From the NCBI GenBank assembly GCA_047967505.1, contig CM106538.1: 64,000 nucleotides of DNA. The stretch is one strand, 5' to 3'. The position numbers and the translations under genes were made by a program. Below, piece by piece: positions 36,931 through 50,652 of this stretch (positions are counted from its first letter, which is position 1; every line of letters starts with the position of its first letter). The notes under the pieces are model-generated. The model saw nothing but the letters and a program-made list of their open reading frames with translations. It was not told where the DNA came from and ran no database searches. Source of the DNA: Dipteris shenzhenensis. Taxonomy: Eukaryota.

Positions 36931-37699
36931 CTTTCCTTCTTCTTCTTTGTATTCTTGATCTTTTTCTCTCTTGTTGTACTTCTCTTGCTCTACTCTCTCT
37001 TTCCCTTGTTATTTTGCTCTACATTAGACTCTACATTAGAGCCCCCACACATGTGCGAAATAAGTGAAACAACTTGATGAGGGCACATTATACATGATTA
37101 AGATCATGTGTACATACTACGCATGTCTAGTAGTGCATGCCCATAGGATGTGACTAGGGCTTGTCTATCTAGGAAGACTTGGGACCTGCCAAACCTCATC
37201 TAGGTCAACATCTGGCAAAGTCCAAAAGCAATACCTAACGTGTTCCTATCCTTGCATTAAAGTACCCAACCAAAGAACTTCCATATGACTCAAGAAATCC
37301 ATGATTTCTGAAAAGAGTCTATGTATCACAAATTCTCACCCTCCTCACATAGGTCGCAACTGACCTGTGAGGTCTCGAGAGGGAAATACATCCTATAATA
37401 AAGAGGTCCTCTTGGAAAAGGAATCAAATTTGAATCTATAGAAACTTAGTGTGTATATCTTTGACTCTTAATGGAAATCATACCAATAAGAGATGATATG
37501 TAATGTACTGCCACTCGTTCGACTTCTCGTCTCTCAAGTCTCATCCTAGTATGCTACCTCCCACGTGCATCCACCACTGACTAGAATGTCTCATGACATG
37601 AGCTAACGAGACAGCCATGTAGCACCTGTATGAATATTTGTTTCATCCCGTAAAGGACAAGAACAATTATTCATATGTCAAGTGTTCATACATCAAGTT

Positions 37700-38250
37700 T
37701 TCATATGTTAAGGGCTGGCCTATGAGAGACTATTAACTATGAGATGTTGCCAACATGATGATTCATTTTGCGCAAATATGTATTGGCATTCCCTATGCTC
37801 TAGGGCTCAGCAAATGCAATATGCTCATTCTTAGATGGCCTAACAAAAGAAATGGCTCATTGTAGGATGCATTCGTTATGTTAACAACCCCTCCTAAAGG
37901 ATGCTCATTCGTATGTAAGGCAAAACAATGAACATAATCCAAGTTCATACACAATTGCACAATGCACAATTTGCTAGATGGCTTAGATAGCACACGAAGA
38001 AAATGGATGGTTCTATTAATTGGTTAATCTCTACACAAGGCAATACAAATGTCATTGCCACAATCAACCTGGTCATTCCTTTGTCCTCACTCCACAATAC
38101 TAACAACTATATATTTTCATAAGAACTCATCGATAATCCACACTATCACAACTAACTACTTATCCCTTAAGTACTTTTCCTCCTTGACATTTGGTAGATT
38201 CCCACACCATTCCTTAAATACATTGATGAAGTGGGACTGTTGCTAAAGAC
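37700..38250 (-). pseudogene. Possible CACTA/EnSpm transposase C-terminal remnant
   Basis: RTKE*.QVDCG, IVQLC..LDY and SYNEPFLL follow the order of the TnpD C-terminal blocks; very degraded. Confidence 0.35.
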
Positions 38251-38594
38251 CCTCTTGAGACTTCAATGGGAGTTCTCATAGAGACTATGGTGGAATTCCT
38301 CTATGATCTTCAGCCACCTTCCCACTTGGTGCAATGACTCCATTGCTCTCCTAGACTTCAACCTATGGCTCAATTTTCCCTTCATGCACTTTGCCTGCTT
38401 CGCCTTTGCCTCATTGTTTGACCCCTTGGTTTGGGGGTTCAACATGGCCTGATGAGGGTGTGTAGAGCAAAGTAGCAGAGCATGTGGAGCAAAGTAGTAG
38501 AGTAGGGGCTGATGAGAGCAATGTAGTAAAATGCCAAATGCCACGAATCTTATATATTATAAACTTTGAGCCATCGTGGTGGCTAGAGGTAGGT

Positions 38595-39570
38595 GCTATG
38601 ATCTGATTACAAGCTATATGCCAGTCTTGAAAGACTAGTGACACAAACCTTGAGCTACACAACCGACTCTCAAGCTGCTCAAGGTCGTAGGGTCCATAGT
38701 CATCTTTTTCTTTGTAAGACAGCAACAAGCCCCGTAGGGATGCACTGTCATTAGTCTGTTCAAGTGTTGAGAGTCTAGTTGAAATACAAATAGTTTTCAT
38801 TTACTTCACAGATGATATGAGAAGTATATGTATATCATAACTTTACTATATGTGAAGAGTGTATCTCATTTTAGTGAGCCCACTAACTCTAATAGAGTTG
38901 TGAATGAGGTTGTAGAGATTTTTAAAAGCATTTGTCAATAGAGGGATGAGAGGAAAAATGAGTGAAAGAGTTATTACAACTAATGATGAAACCACTTGAG
39001 CCCACCAAACTTGAGGCCCTATGAAAAAGTGAATATGGTGCCTAGAGGATCGAGGAATGAAAATGTAGCAAAAGGAACCTTGACACCAAGAATAGGCCCA
39101 ATGTCTTTCCTGCTCAGTAGAGCAAGTTGATGAAGTGTGAATAGAGCAACAATTAGTGGCAAAGGAAAAAACACAAAAGGTGACCTATGTAGTTGGCCTC
39201 AAAAGATGAACCTTCTACTAATGACAGAGTTCACGACCCTTACCAGATCTCAGTGCTCTGATACCAAATGTTAGAGTTTAGTGGGCTCACTATAATGAGA
39301 TGCACTCTTCACATATAGCAAATTTATGATATATGCATACTTCTCATATCACATGTGAAGAAAATGAAAACTATTTGTATTTCAACTAGACTCTCAAGAC
39401 TTGAACAGACTGACAAAAGCACATCCCTATGGGGTTTGTTGTTGTCTTACAAAGAAAAAGATGACTGTGGACCCTACAACCTTGGTTAGCTGCTCTATGA
39501 CTCGATTACAAGCTATATGCCAGCAGTCTTGGAAGACCAATGACACAAGCCTTGATCTACACAACTGACT
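38595..39570. mobile_element. Pair of related LTR fragments in mixed orientation, with a minus-strand PBS
   Basis: 38680-38894 is the inverted copy of 39269-39484, while 38605-38668 is a direct copy of 39504-39570. gctctgatacca (PBS complement) lies at 39255-39266. Confidence 0.85.
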
Positions 39571-40279
39571 TTCATCAAGAGAGCTTGGACAAGAAGAAGG
39601 ATTACATCGTAACTCTATAGATTTATAGTAGCCATGCACATGGTTGAAGCCGCCTCAGAAAGATACTGCCTCTTGATGATGTGCCACATGAAGACCATGC
39701 AAATGATGACTCTCTTGGACAAATCACCAATTCCCCATGTGCCTATTTGCTAGATCATCCAATCAAATTTGCCATGCAACGTATCACGAGTCTCAAACCT
39801 TTGACACCATGCTATGAGGGTGTAACACACATGATATACCCAACCAAAACTCACCTCCTTGAGTGTGAATTTAGAGATTCGCACTTACCTGATGTCGGGT
39901 TGACTTATCCCTCCAATACTTCCACTCATGTCTTTAGCTTGCCATTCTCCTTTCTTCTTGTATCCATGTATTCTAATGTTGCTTCGACATGGTGCTTACT
40001 CCTTCTATTAATATGTCTAGATTTGGCCAGCTCAAGTAGCAAATCATTTTCTTGATTCATTTCTTGAAAAAATATGAAGAATGAGTAAAGAAGAATGGAG
40101 ATTGGAGTACCCACACACCTAGAGAGCACATGATAAATGGTCAACCATACACTAGATTAGTTGTAAAGAATCAATATATACAAACCTTTTGGGGTTAAGG
40201 TTTTCAAACCCATTTCCTTTTTAGCACTCTGATATTTTACCACCTATTTACAATATAAAACATGATGTTGAGATGGATC

Positions 40280-41139
40280 CTCCACACTTCCCCTCAAGAT
40301 CAACATCATGAAGTAAGCCTTTCCTCAAGATGATGATTTTAGCAGAATGAAGAAGTAGTAATCATTACATTCTATCTCACCCCTTAAAGGGAATGGCCTT
40401 CCTCTAAGTCACAAACTAATAGCTTATTGGTTTTTCCTAAAAATCTCATGGCCTTGTATCTCTTAAAGCCACCCTTTATATTGTACTTTGCTTTCTAAAC
40501 CCATTTGTTTGCAATTACCTTATTTGCTAGTGGCAATTAAATCACATGTTATTCTTGAACATGGCATCCATTTGTTCATTCATAGCAGTCTCCAATTCTC
40601 GCTTATCAATTACATTCTCAAATTACATAGGAATGTTTGTAGCCATAATGATAGTCACAAGGGCATAATTGATGCTCTTTTGGATATTTTTTCCTTTTTC
40701 AGCATATGTCAATGTCGATGGTGGTCTTTGTTCTCTTATAGACCATCTGAGCTATTGCTCTTTTGGGGCATCTATCAGCGTTGTTGTCTGCTCTTCATCA
40801 ACCTTCTCTAGATGTGACTGAGTTGCTGGTGTGATTAATTGTTTATTTGATGATTTTGATTTTGATTCTTCATAAGATGCTACATCTCTAGATATCCCTC
40901 TTCACAATAACCATCCATGATGTATTTTTGTGACTTTACATCCACCACTTTTGTGATGTATTTTTGTCGATCAAATTGAGATAGTATATTGAACCATTTA
41001 TGCTGTGAGTTTGTGCATAACACTAAACATTTAAATGGATCAAATCAAGATTCCTTCTTGCCTTAGAGGTGCTTCTTCCACAGCTAGCTCTCAAATCTTT
41101 GCCAAAGTGTCATGTTCTATAAACTCTTTCAATACATGT
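40280..41139 (-). mobile_element. Old degraded copia element, left part (integrase start, RT start, PPT)
   Basis: Minus-strand SKARRNLDLIH...SINGSIYYLNLID and INYALVTIIM...AMNEQMDAMFKNN...KVIANKWV*KAKY; PPT-like cttgagggaagtgtgg near 40282-40298. Confidence 0.7.
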
Positions 41140-44100
41140 TGTAGACATATACAAAGATATGACCTTGTAGGCTAGTCCAGTACTTGGTTTACTTTTATGT
41201 TCTACTTGGTCACTATATATGCCAAGTATTTTGTATTCTTATCTATTGAACATCTGTTGGAGCTTTCGTGTGTGAGCACATCCATTCACTGGTGTTCACT
41301 TTTTGTCTCCATTTGTGTTCCTTCAAGTGGTATCAGAGCGTCAGTCACTTGAACCGAGATTCAAGCCTTGCCTTCCGTCTTGTGGCAAGTTCTCTCGTGT
41401 CCTCGTGTTGCTCTCAATCCTACATTCAGCCCACTTCAGTTTCCAGCTCGTTTTTCAGTCAGTTGTCGTGAAGAACTTGAGTTTTTTTGCTGCCCCGGGA
41501 AGTCTTCTTCAGGTCGCCTCTCTCCAGGACTTGGTCGACAACCAATGTTGCTGATTTTCAGACTTCAGCCCGAACAGCTTCAGATCAGGTCGCCTTCACT
41601 TCGCCCTCTTTTTGAGGTCGCCCTTGAGCCCGGGGGCTTCTACTTCAGGTCGCCCTGATTTCCAGCACTTTCCGGCATCTCCTCTTGCTGTTTTTTACTG
41701 CCTACAGCAGTCTCCTATAGTTGCATTGATGCTCTTCTCAGTAGCAGCAGCCATCTTCTTCAATACGAGTTCATCTACTGCTACATTGGTGCTCTTCTCA
41801 GCAATTTCCAGCCCCGAATCAAACTGACATCCACCTCGGAAGCTCCTACTTCAAATCGATTTGCTTCAGCGCTCTTTTCCTGCTTCTTGGACACCCAAAT
41901 CTTCTTGTCAGTTATTTGTCAGGAATAATGTCTCTTTCTGAAAGCTTTGGCACTATCACTGAAGGGGATAAATTGGAAGGATCAAACTATGCCTTGTGGT
42001 CATTTATGCTCCGCAATATTTTGGTTGGCAAGGGCTTGTGGGACATTGTGAGTGGTGATGAAACTAGGCCAGCTGCTGCTACAACTAGTTCATCTTCATC
42101 CATCACATCTACATCCACAGCTCCTACTCCTGCTCTATTGGAGGAGCAAAGGAGGTTTGATAGAAGAAATGCCCAGGCTTTATCTTTGATATCCCTCTCA
42201 GTGAAGAGGCACATTATGTCTACTATCAAGTCCTGCAGGTATGCTAAAGATGCTTGGGCTAAACTGGCATGTATGTATCAGGTCAAAAATGAAGCTAGAG
42301 TGCTAGCTTTGACAAATCAACTCAAGGAGTTGAAGATGGAAGAAGGGCAAACAATTGCAGAGCATATTGCTAAGATTACTGATCTTAGAGATCAATTAGC
42401 AGGCGTTGATGAGGAGATAGAAGACAGAAAGTTGGTCACTCTCACTCTCAATAGCCTGGCTCCGTCATTTGGCACTTTTGTTACCTCTTTGTCTATCATG
42501 CTTCTGTCTCATTTGATGAGTTGGTAGGGCTGCTCCTGCAAGAAGAGGAAAGAACCTCTAATTTTGCTCATTCATCTCGCCAAGGTGAGCAAGCTCTTGC
42601 TATGCAGGGAAAGGGCAAATTTCAGTCAAAAGGAGGATACTTTCACAAAAAAAACAGCAATGGATTTCAGCCCAAAAGTGAGGCAAATGCAAGTTCTCAG
42701 GCAAGTCCCGCCTCTAAGAAAAAGGGTAAATGTAACTATTGCAAAAAGCCTGGTCATTACATTGCCGAGTGTCAAAAGAGGATTGCTAATGAGAAGAAGA
42801 GGGGGACTACAAACAGTAATTTTGTGGCACCTGCTGAAAATTCAAATGCCTCTTCTCATGCACATTATGCCCAGGATGACAAGGACTTTGCCTTTGGTGT
42901 TGTGGATCATGAGATCATTGACACAGGGGGGGAGCCCAGTATGTCACATGCTACACATGCTCATGCTCTTATTGAGCCAGTGTCAGAGGGTATTGATGCA
43001 TCTTTGGCCACCACTGATCCTTGGTACTTGGATAGTGGTGCTTCTAAGCATATGACTCATCACAGAGATTGGTTTGAGGACATTATACCGGTCCATGGCA
43101 GACATGTTGTTTGTGCTAATGATGCCACTCAAGATATCACGGGAGTGGGACATGTTCCTATTCTCTTGGATGGTTCAGGAAAGAAACAATACATCCGTGA
43201 TGTTTGGTATGTTCCAGATTTGAAGAAGAATCTGATTTCAGTTTCCTCCATTGCTCATGATCAACATATGTTGGTAGAGTTTCAAGGCAGCCAATGCAGG
43301 ATTAAGGATCCTAAAAAGGGTTATGCTATTGTGGCTACAGGCACTTATGAAAAAGGGCTGTACAAGCTTGATGCTCAGCCTTATAATCAGCATGCTATGG
43401 CTGTATCATGTGTATCTCAGGGTGATTTATGGCATGCCAGGTTTGGCCATATCCATCACAGGGCTTGACCTATTTGTTTAACAACAACATGGTTATTGGA
43501 ATGCCAAAATTACAGCAGCCAGTTAATGAAGTATGTGAAGGGTGTGCCCTTGGCAAATTGCACCGCTTACCTTTCAAAAAGGATGGGAAAGGTGATGTGA
43601 AAGCAATAAGAGCATTGCAAATAGTGCACAGTGATGTTTGTGGCCCCATGAATGTTACTACTCATAGAGGGGCAAGGTACTTTGTTACCTTCATTGATGA
43701 CTACTCCAGATTTACATGGCTCTTCCTCATGAAGAACAAATCCGAAGTGTTTTATTGGTTCAAGATATTCAAGGCTATGGCTGAGAATCAGACCAATTCC
43801 AAGATACAAACACTCAACACAGATAGAGGGGGAGAGTATACTTCAGAGGTATTTGCAAGCTATTTGCAAGAACATGGCATCAAACATCATTTAACTGTGC
43901 CATACACACCCCAGCACAATCCTATTGCTGAAAGGAAGAATAGGACTCTTGTAGAAATGACCAGATGCATGCTGAAATTCAAGAAAATCTCAAAAGGATT
44001 TTGGGGAGAAGCCATTACTACAGCCACATACATCTTGAACAGATGCCCAACAAAAGCTTTGGTTAACAGGACACCATTTGAGGCATACTATGGGTACAAG

Positions 44101-46633
44101 CCCAAGGTAAATCACTTCAGAATTTTTGGGTCGGTTGCTTATGCTCTAATTCCTGCTCAACATAGAACTAAACTTGATGACAAGAGTGTCAAATGCATAT
44201 TTGTGGGGTATAGTATTGAGAGTAAAGGTTTTTTGTGGGAGCACAAATTTCTTTTGTAAATCACAAAGCATTGCTATCCAATAGCGACACTCCTTAACAA
44301 TGTTAGTTTGTATGATCCTGTTACTCCTTGGATTATTATCAGTAGAGATGTTGTCTTTGCTAAAAATGAAACCATGCAACCGGTCAATGTTGATTTGCCA
44401 CCATATGATGATGTGCCTCTTGATATTGTTCAGTTTGATAGTAATGAGATGGAGTCTTTATCCTCCTCACCCAGTTCAGATTTGGTGCCATATGTTGAGG
44501 GGGGATTTCCCTCAAATGTTCCAGAAGGGCAGCCAGCTAGTGGGGTAGGACAGCCACATGTTTGGAATCCTTTACCTCGCCATACCAACAGTGGTCCAGC
44601 CAGTGGTGGTGCTGCAAATTCAGTCCCAAAATGGGCACGGTTGACCCTCAGAGAGGCTAATGTTCAGCCAACTTTAGGGAGGACCAGGACAGCCACAAGG
44701 AATGCATCATCACAGGTGAATTATGCTTTGATGGCTTCAGTTATGGCAGCTGAAACTGAACCTCAAAGATTTGAGGATGCCATGAAACATCCTGCATGGC
44801 AGGAAGCCATGAAATCTGAAATTAGTTCCATTGAAAGGAATGCCACATGGGATTTGGTTGATAAGCCCATTGGGAAGAATGTGGTTGGTACCAAATGGAT
44901 CTATAAAGTTAAGTACCATGCAGATGGCACTATTGAAAAACACAAGGCCCGGCTAGTTGCCAAGGGGTATGCCCAAGAGGAGGGAGTGGATTATGAGGAA
45001 ACATTTGCTCCGGTAGCCAAGATGACTACCATTCGGTCTGTCATCTCTCTTGCTGCAAGTTATGGCTGGCCCGTCTTTCAGATGGATGTCAAGACTGCCT
45101 TCTTGAACGGTGATTTACAAGAGGAAGTTTATGTGCAGCAACCCCAAGGATTTGAAGTTACAGGACAAGAACACAAGGTTTGCAGGCTACGCAAGGCATT
45201 GTATGGGCTAAAACAAGCACCCCGTGCTTGGTATCACAAGATACATCAGTATTTGCTGTCCCAGGGCTTTGTGAACACACATACAGAGTCCAACCTCTAT
45301 GTTCTGCAAGAAAAATCAGATTTGCTGATTTTAGTTCTTTATGTGGATGATATACTACTCACAGGCAGTAGTAATCAGCAAATTGCAGCCATCAAAACAG
45401 CATTGTGTCAGACATTTGATATGACAGATTTGGGTCTCTTGCACTATTGTCTTGGTATTGAGTTTTGGCAAACCCAGGAAGGGATATGTATGTCCCAAAC
45501 AAAGTATGCAAAGAGTCTCTTGCAGAAATTTAAGATGGAAAATTGCAAACCTGTGGCCACTCCATTGACCAAAGGACTCAAGCTTTCAAAGCATGACACA
45601 GCAGAGAAGTTTGATGGCACACTTTACAGACAATTGGTGTGTAGTCTTATCTATCTGTGTTCTACCAGGGCTGATATTGCACATGCCACTGGGTTGCTAA
45701 GTCAGTTTATGCATTGTCCTACAGTCACACACTGGCAAGAAGCCAAGCGGGTTCTCAGATATATGCAGGGCACTCTTACTCATGGATTGCACTATGCTGC
45801 AAATTGTGACATTTCTCTGAGTGGTTTCACAGACTCAGATTGGTCAGGGGATATGGATGATAGAAAATCCACCACTGGTTATTGTTTTTCATTGGGTTCA
45901 GCTTGCATTTCTTGGCTCAGTAAAAAGCAAGACCGTGTTTCTCTTTCCTCTAGTGAAGCAGAGTATAGAGCAGCAAACGCAGCCACTACAGAAGCAATGT
46001 GGTTAAGGAAGCTTATGTTTGATTTGCATCATGCACAACATGGTGAGGCCACTTCCATTTTGTGTGACAGTGTGAGTTGCATTGCCATTGGGAAAAATCC
46101 TGTCTTTCATGCCCGCATGAAACATATTGAGAATCATTATCATTATGTTCGGGATTGTATACAGGATGGCTTCATTGATCTTATCTATTGTCCTACTGAG
46201 GATAATGTGGCGGATATCTTCACTAAAAGCCTGTCAGCTCCACTTTTTACTCGTCACCGACACGGCTTGGGGATACGAGATATAACAACAATGTCAGGGG
46301 GGGTTATAAAATGACATTGTTATTCATGTGTTACCCCATAGGTTGCTATATCCTGATGGATGAATTTGTGCAACCATGGTACTTTAGGTGCCCGAGGTAC
46401 TTCTGACACGTTTCCAGAGTACTTCAGTCATATCTTTGAGGGGGTATTTGTAGACATATACAAAGATATGACCTTGTAGGCTAGTCCAGTACTTGGTTTA
46501 CTTTATGTTCTACTTGGTCACTATATATGCCAAGTATTTTGTATTCTTATCTATTGAACATCTGTTGGAGCTTTCGTGTGTGAGCACATCCATTCACTGG
46601 TGTTCACTTTTTGTCTCCATTTGTGTTCCTTCA
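41140..46633 (+). mobile_element. Young full-length Ty1/copia LTR retrotransposon with a disrupted gag-pol
   Basis: TG..CA LTRs 41140-41325 and 46449-46633, identical except a 1-nt indel. TSD CATGT at 41135-41139 and 46634-46638. PBS 41328-41339 and PPT before 46449. Confidence 0.97.
41928..46314 (+). pseudogene. gag-pol: Copia gag-PR-IN-RT-RNase H polyprotein in four ORF pieces
   Basis: [91 protein letters not shown]. Breaks at ~42510, ~43460 and 44231-44303. Confidence 0.95.
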
Positions 46634-46638
46634 CATGT

Positions 46639-47030
46639 AAGTTTTGGAAGGTTGATTATGATATTATGATTTCTCTGCCACATTAAACTTTTAAAATTGA
46701 CATGTATATATGTATTGTGCCATATCCTAGAAAGTGGCATAGGTTGATACTCACCTAACATGGCATGAAAATTTGCTACTACTAAAGTTAACATTCTGCA
46801 TAAGCATTCTTTTTTTACTACTTTTCCAAATAGCTGATCTCCTTTGGATTTCTCTTGGATTATACACTAGCCTGACTCGATAACTATGCCCTATCATTTT
46901 TCCAGCTAATAGGAGATTCTTGCTGGGTTTAGGAACATAGAGTATATCATTGACCAATCCTTTCCATTTAGAGAAATTATCCAAGGGACTAAACATTCCC
47001 CTTGAATAGAATATGACACAACTGTAACAA
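46639..47030 (-). mobile_element. Old degraded copia element, right part (protease to GAG-pre-integrase); host of the young copia
   Basis: VNDILYVPKPSKNLL and IWHN..IHVNFKSL...INLPKL; continues across the TSD into 41139 and leftwards. Confidence 0.75.
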
Positions 47031-47087
47031 TCATCAAGTGTTAATCCGTATTACCAAAACTAGAGTTAGGGGTGCATGTGAATTAAT

Positions 47088-47550
47088 TCTTATTTCAACT
47101 CATGCAACTCATATGCACTACTTATAAATATGCCAAAATCAATTTATTCATAAGCCCATTGCTTAATTAAGCATTCATAATCATAACATACTTTTTTAGT
47201 GATATGCACGGGTAGTGTTTCATGAAGTACATATGCATACGGCAATGCTTCCATGTACACAATATTTGAAACATAGTCATCATTCCCTCCTTAAGATAAC
47301 AATGTAACAAATGGCTTACCATGTCCACATAGAAAGATTTCAATTAATAACTTATTTCAACCCATGCAACTTATAAATATGCCAAAATCAATTTATTCAT
47401 AAGCCCATTACTTAATTAAGCATTCATAATCATAATCTCACATACTTTCTTAGTGATATGCACGGGTACTGTTTCATGAAGTACATATGCATATGGCAAT
47501 GCTTCCATGTACATAATATTTAAAACATAGTCACCTCCTTAAGATCACAA
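47088..47550 (+). repeat. Tandem duplication, ~260-bp period, 2 copies
   Basis: cttataaatatgccaaaatcaatttattcataagcccatt...gtttcatgaagtacatatgcata...aaacatagtca occurs at ~47120 and ~47370. Confidence 0.9.
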
Positions 47551-48949
47551 TTTAACAAATAGTACACCATGCCCATAAAGAAAGATTTCATGAATAAAAT
47601 TGAATTGCAAAACATAAAGAGAAAATGCATGAAACATATGCAACAAATAGAGACTCATATGCACATACGTGACCAAACAGAGGGGACCACTCCCCAAGGT
47701 GACTTGGTTCACTTGCCAAGGATACATCCCCATAAAGCCCTTGGTCAACTATCAAGAGCCCATTGATCTTTATCATTTCTAACGAGATACCCATGAACTA
47801 TTCATATCTTTCTTAATTGCTCATTCTATCATTCATTTCTTCGCTTTTTGAAATCCAAGGAGAAGAACACCAAGAAGAAGAGATTCCACATCATCTACAT
47901 GCTCATTTAGAACTCAAAATAGTTTCAACATGCAAATAAGAAGAGAATTTCATCAAAATATAAGGAAAACCTTCATCCTTTATTGAATAGTTTAGCTTGG
48001 TCTAAAAAGGGAGAAAAGGATATCAAAACAAAGAAATTACAGGGGAATTCATTCGTTTAACAAGATCTATTTTGCAACATAACTTCCAGTATTCAACATA
48101 CAGTAAAAATGAAAGAAGACACACAAACAACCTTTGTATCTTGAGAAGATGCCATCCAAGCATCATGTTTGCACATATCTCATGCTCAAGGCATGAAAAG
48201 GGTGGAGAAAAGAGGCTAGGAAGAGGGACCCATGGGAATATTATATAAAGAGGCACCTACAAGTACAACAGAGGATTAAAAGAAGAGGTCCCCTTTTTGA
48301 CAATAAGGTGCACTGCATGATAATTTGGTGGCACATGATTTTGATGCCCATGATTTGTGCACATGGCTTTGTAAAACTTGGTTTTTGGATAACTAAACTA
48401 GCTTAGTTATATTCTAGTTAATATTTAGCCTTATCCATTTACATCCCAATAAGTAGTTATTCTTATATAGTTGGATGGCTCGTCAGTTAGCACACCAATA
48501 TGCCTAATTAGTTATTTTATCTTATCTAGTTAGCCCACAAGTTGATAGCCACAATTTGATCATCAAGGCTACTACCTCCCATAGTTTTGAAAGGAAAAAT
48601 TCATAAAGTGTGCTAATGATTTAATAAGCCATGGTTTAGGTACATAGATTCAGCAACATATGGTTTTCCATGTAATCAGATGAAGCTAAATGAACTTAGG
48701 TTATGTAATTAAACTAGATGTACTTAGTTTCCATCCAACCAAACTAGGTGGATGTAATTTTCATCCAATCAAGCTACGTAAAGTTACTTCTAATGATTTC
48801 CAATAGAAATTTTATTAATGTTTTCACGTTTGCATTAGTGTGTCATTCGTCAATGTCGTATTCAGTTCCAAGTAGCTTTAGAATAATGCCGCAAAGAAGA
48901 AAAAAGTCATCCTATTGTAATTCGGGAAAAAAAAAGTAAACTGAATAAT

Positions 48950-49335
48950 ATTACTATTGGTAGTGGACCTATAATAGCGTCTAATAGGCCTAATACCATC
49001 TGTAATAGGCCTAATTTCAACGATAATATGCCTTGTATGCTCGCAGTAGGTCTACTACTTGTAGTATTAGGCCTATCATGTTGGTAGCCAAAAATAAACA
49101 TTTGGTAAATCGGATAATATTACCACCAATAGTGGACATATTAATGCCAATAATAGGCCCAATACTATTGGTGATAGTCTTGGTATCACTGGTAATATGC
49201 CTTTTATTGATGGTAGTAGGCCTACTACCGGTAATATGCCTTTTAATGATGGTAATATGCCTTTAAAAGATGGTAGTAGGTAGTATTATGCTAGTATTAG
49301 GCCTACTACCATGGTTAAACACATATTACCTTCAG
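48950..49335. repeat. Degenerate minisatellite of taggccta and ggtaatatgcc motifs
   Basis: Repeated taggcct palindromic cores and ggtaatatgcctt units. Confidence 0.7.
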
Positions 49336-50109
49336 TAATATGGGTGTTATAGATGATAACATCTACTGAGTTTCTCACCCAATTTTGTCCTTATATAAAT
49401 CTTTTGATAGCCATGAGTGCTCTTCATTCAGCAAGATTATAGTCCATATATCTTGCACGTAGGTGGGGTAAGGTGGACCGTAGTTTTGTCATGAGAGAAA
49501 GAGGGTGGGGGAGAGAGTGTTCATTGTGGTTGCAAAAGTGGTTGACTGCTTTGATATCTATCATATTGTGGTAAGGGTCAACCACAATTGCAATCCAATG
49601 AATGCAAATGAGATTATGTGAGGTAATGAGATTTCCAAGAGGTTACCTTTTTCGTGTTTCTCATTGAGTTATAAGTATGTTTTACTTGAATCGAAGCCTG
49701 GAGCATGAGCCAAAATGTAACCACTAGGTTATGCCCCTAGAATGTCTCTTTTGAGAAAATAAAAGGCTTAAATCTTGTAAGGTTTTTATTTTCTAAAAAA
49801 GATACATTCAAGGGGTTGCGGAATCTAGTGGTGGCTATCTTTTGGCCCATGCCTTGGTCTTTGTTTCAAGTAAAACATTACTTATAATAGTACAAGTCAC
49901 ATTGTGCTATGATATTATATTGATTGAATGATTGTTTGGTCAAATCATATAACCAAAGAAATATTTAGGGTGCTCAAAATTTTGCAATCTACTACACATA
50001 TTGAGAGAGATGGAGAGGGGGGGAGAGCCATAAGATGCTTGCATAGATAACACATATATAGGTGCACTTGATTTGTGCGTGTGCCTATCTGTCTGTCCAT
50101 CTATTTGAG

Positions 50110-50316
50110 TGTGTATGCACGTAGATATGCAAGCCTTTATATATGTATATGTGGATGTATGTATGTGCATGTCTGTGCACATGATTGTGTGTGCTTGCAT
50201 GTATGTGTGTACACCACTTGTGTGTGTGTAGGCTGTGTATACCTGTGAATGTGCATGTGAATGTGTGTGCTTACATATGTGTGTGTATGGTGTGTATGCA
50301 TGTGCATGTGCATGTG

Positions 50317-50397
<81 letters not shown>
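50110..50397 (+). repeat. Compound (TG)n/(TGCATG)n microsatellite
   Basis: Pure TG run at ~50318-50397 preceded by degenerate TG-rich sequence. Confidence 0.95.
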
Positions 50398-50399
<2 letters not shown>

Positions 50400-50652
50400 T
50401 CCACAAGGATCTAAGAGGGGGAGAGAGTGAGCGTGCATTGTTTTTGAAAAAATGGTCAATTGTTCCAATATCATGGATGTTGGGGAAAGGGTTTACCAAT
50501 ACCAAAAAATGATTACAATTGTGTGTGTGTGTAGTCGACTACAAGGATCTAAGAGGGGGAGAGAGTTTATTTTTGAAAAAGTGGTTAACTGTTCCAGTAT
50601 CATGGATGTTGGGGAAAGGGTTTACCAATACCGAAAAATGATTACAATTGTG
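50398..50652 (+). repeat. Two ~120-bp direct repeats each preceded by (TG)n
   Basis: acaaggatctaagagggggagagagt...tatcatggatgttggggaaagggtttaccaatacc.aaaaatgattacaattgtg occurs twice; a more diverged relative lies near 49495-49590. Confidence 0.9.

Noticed and set aside
49940-50512. His/Thr- or Cys/Val-rich ORFs here and at 1968-2150, 22288-22591 and 26144-26493
   Set aside because: They are translations of (CA)n/(TG)n microsatellites.
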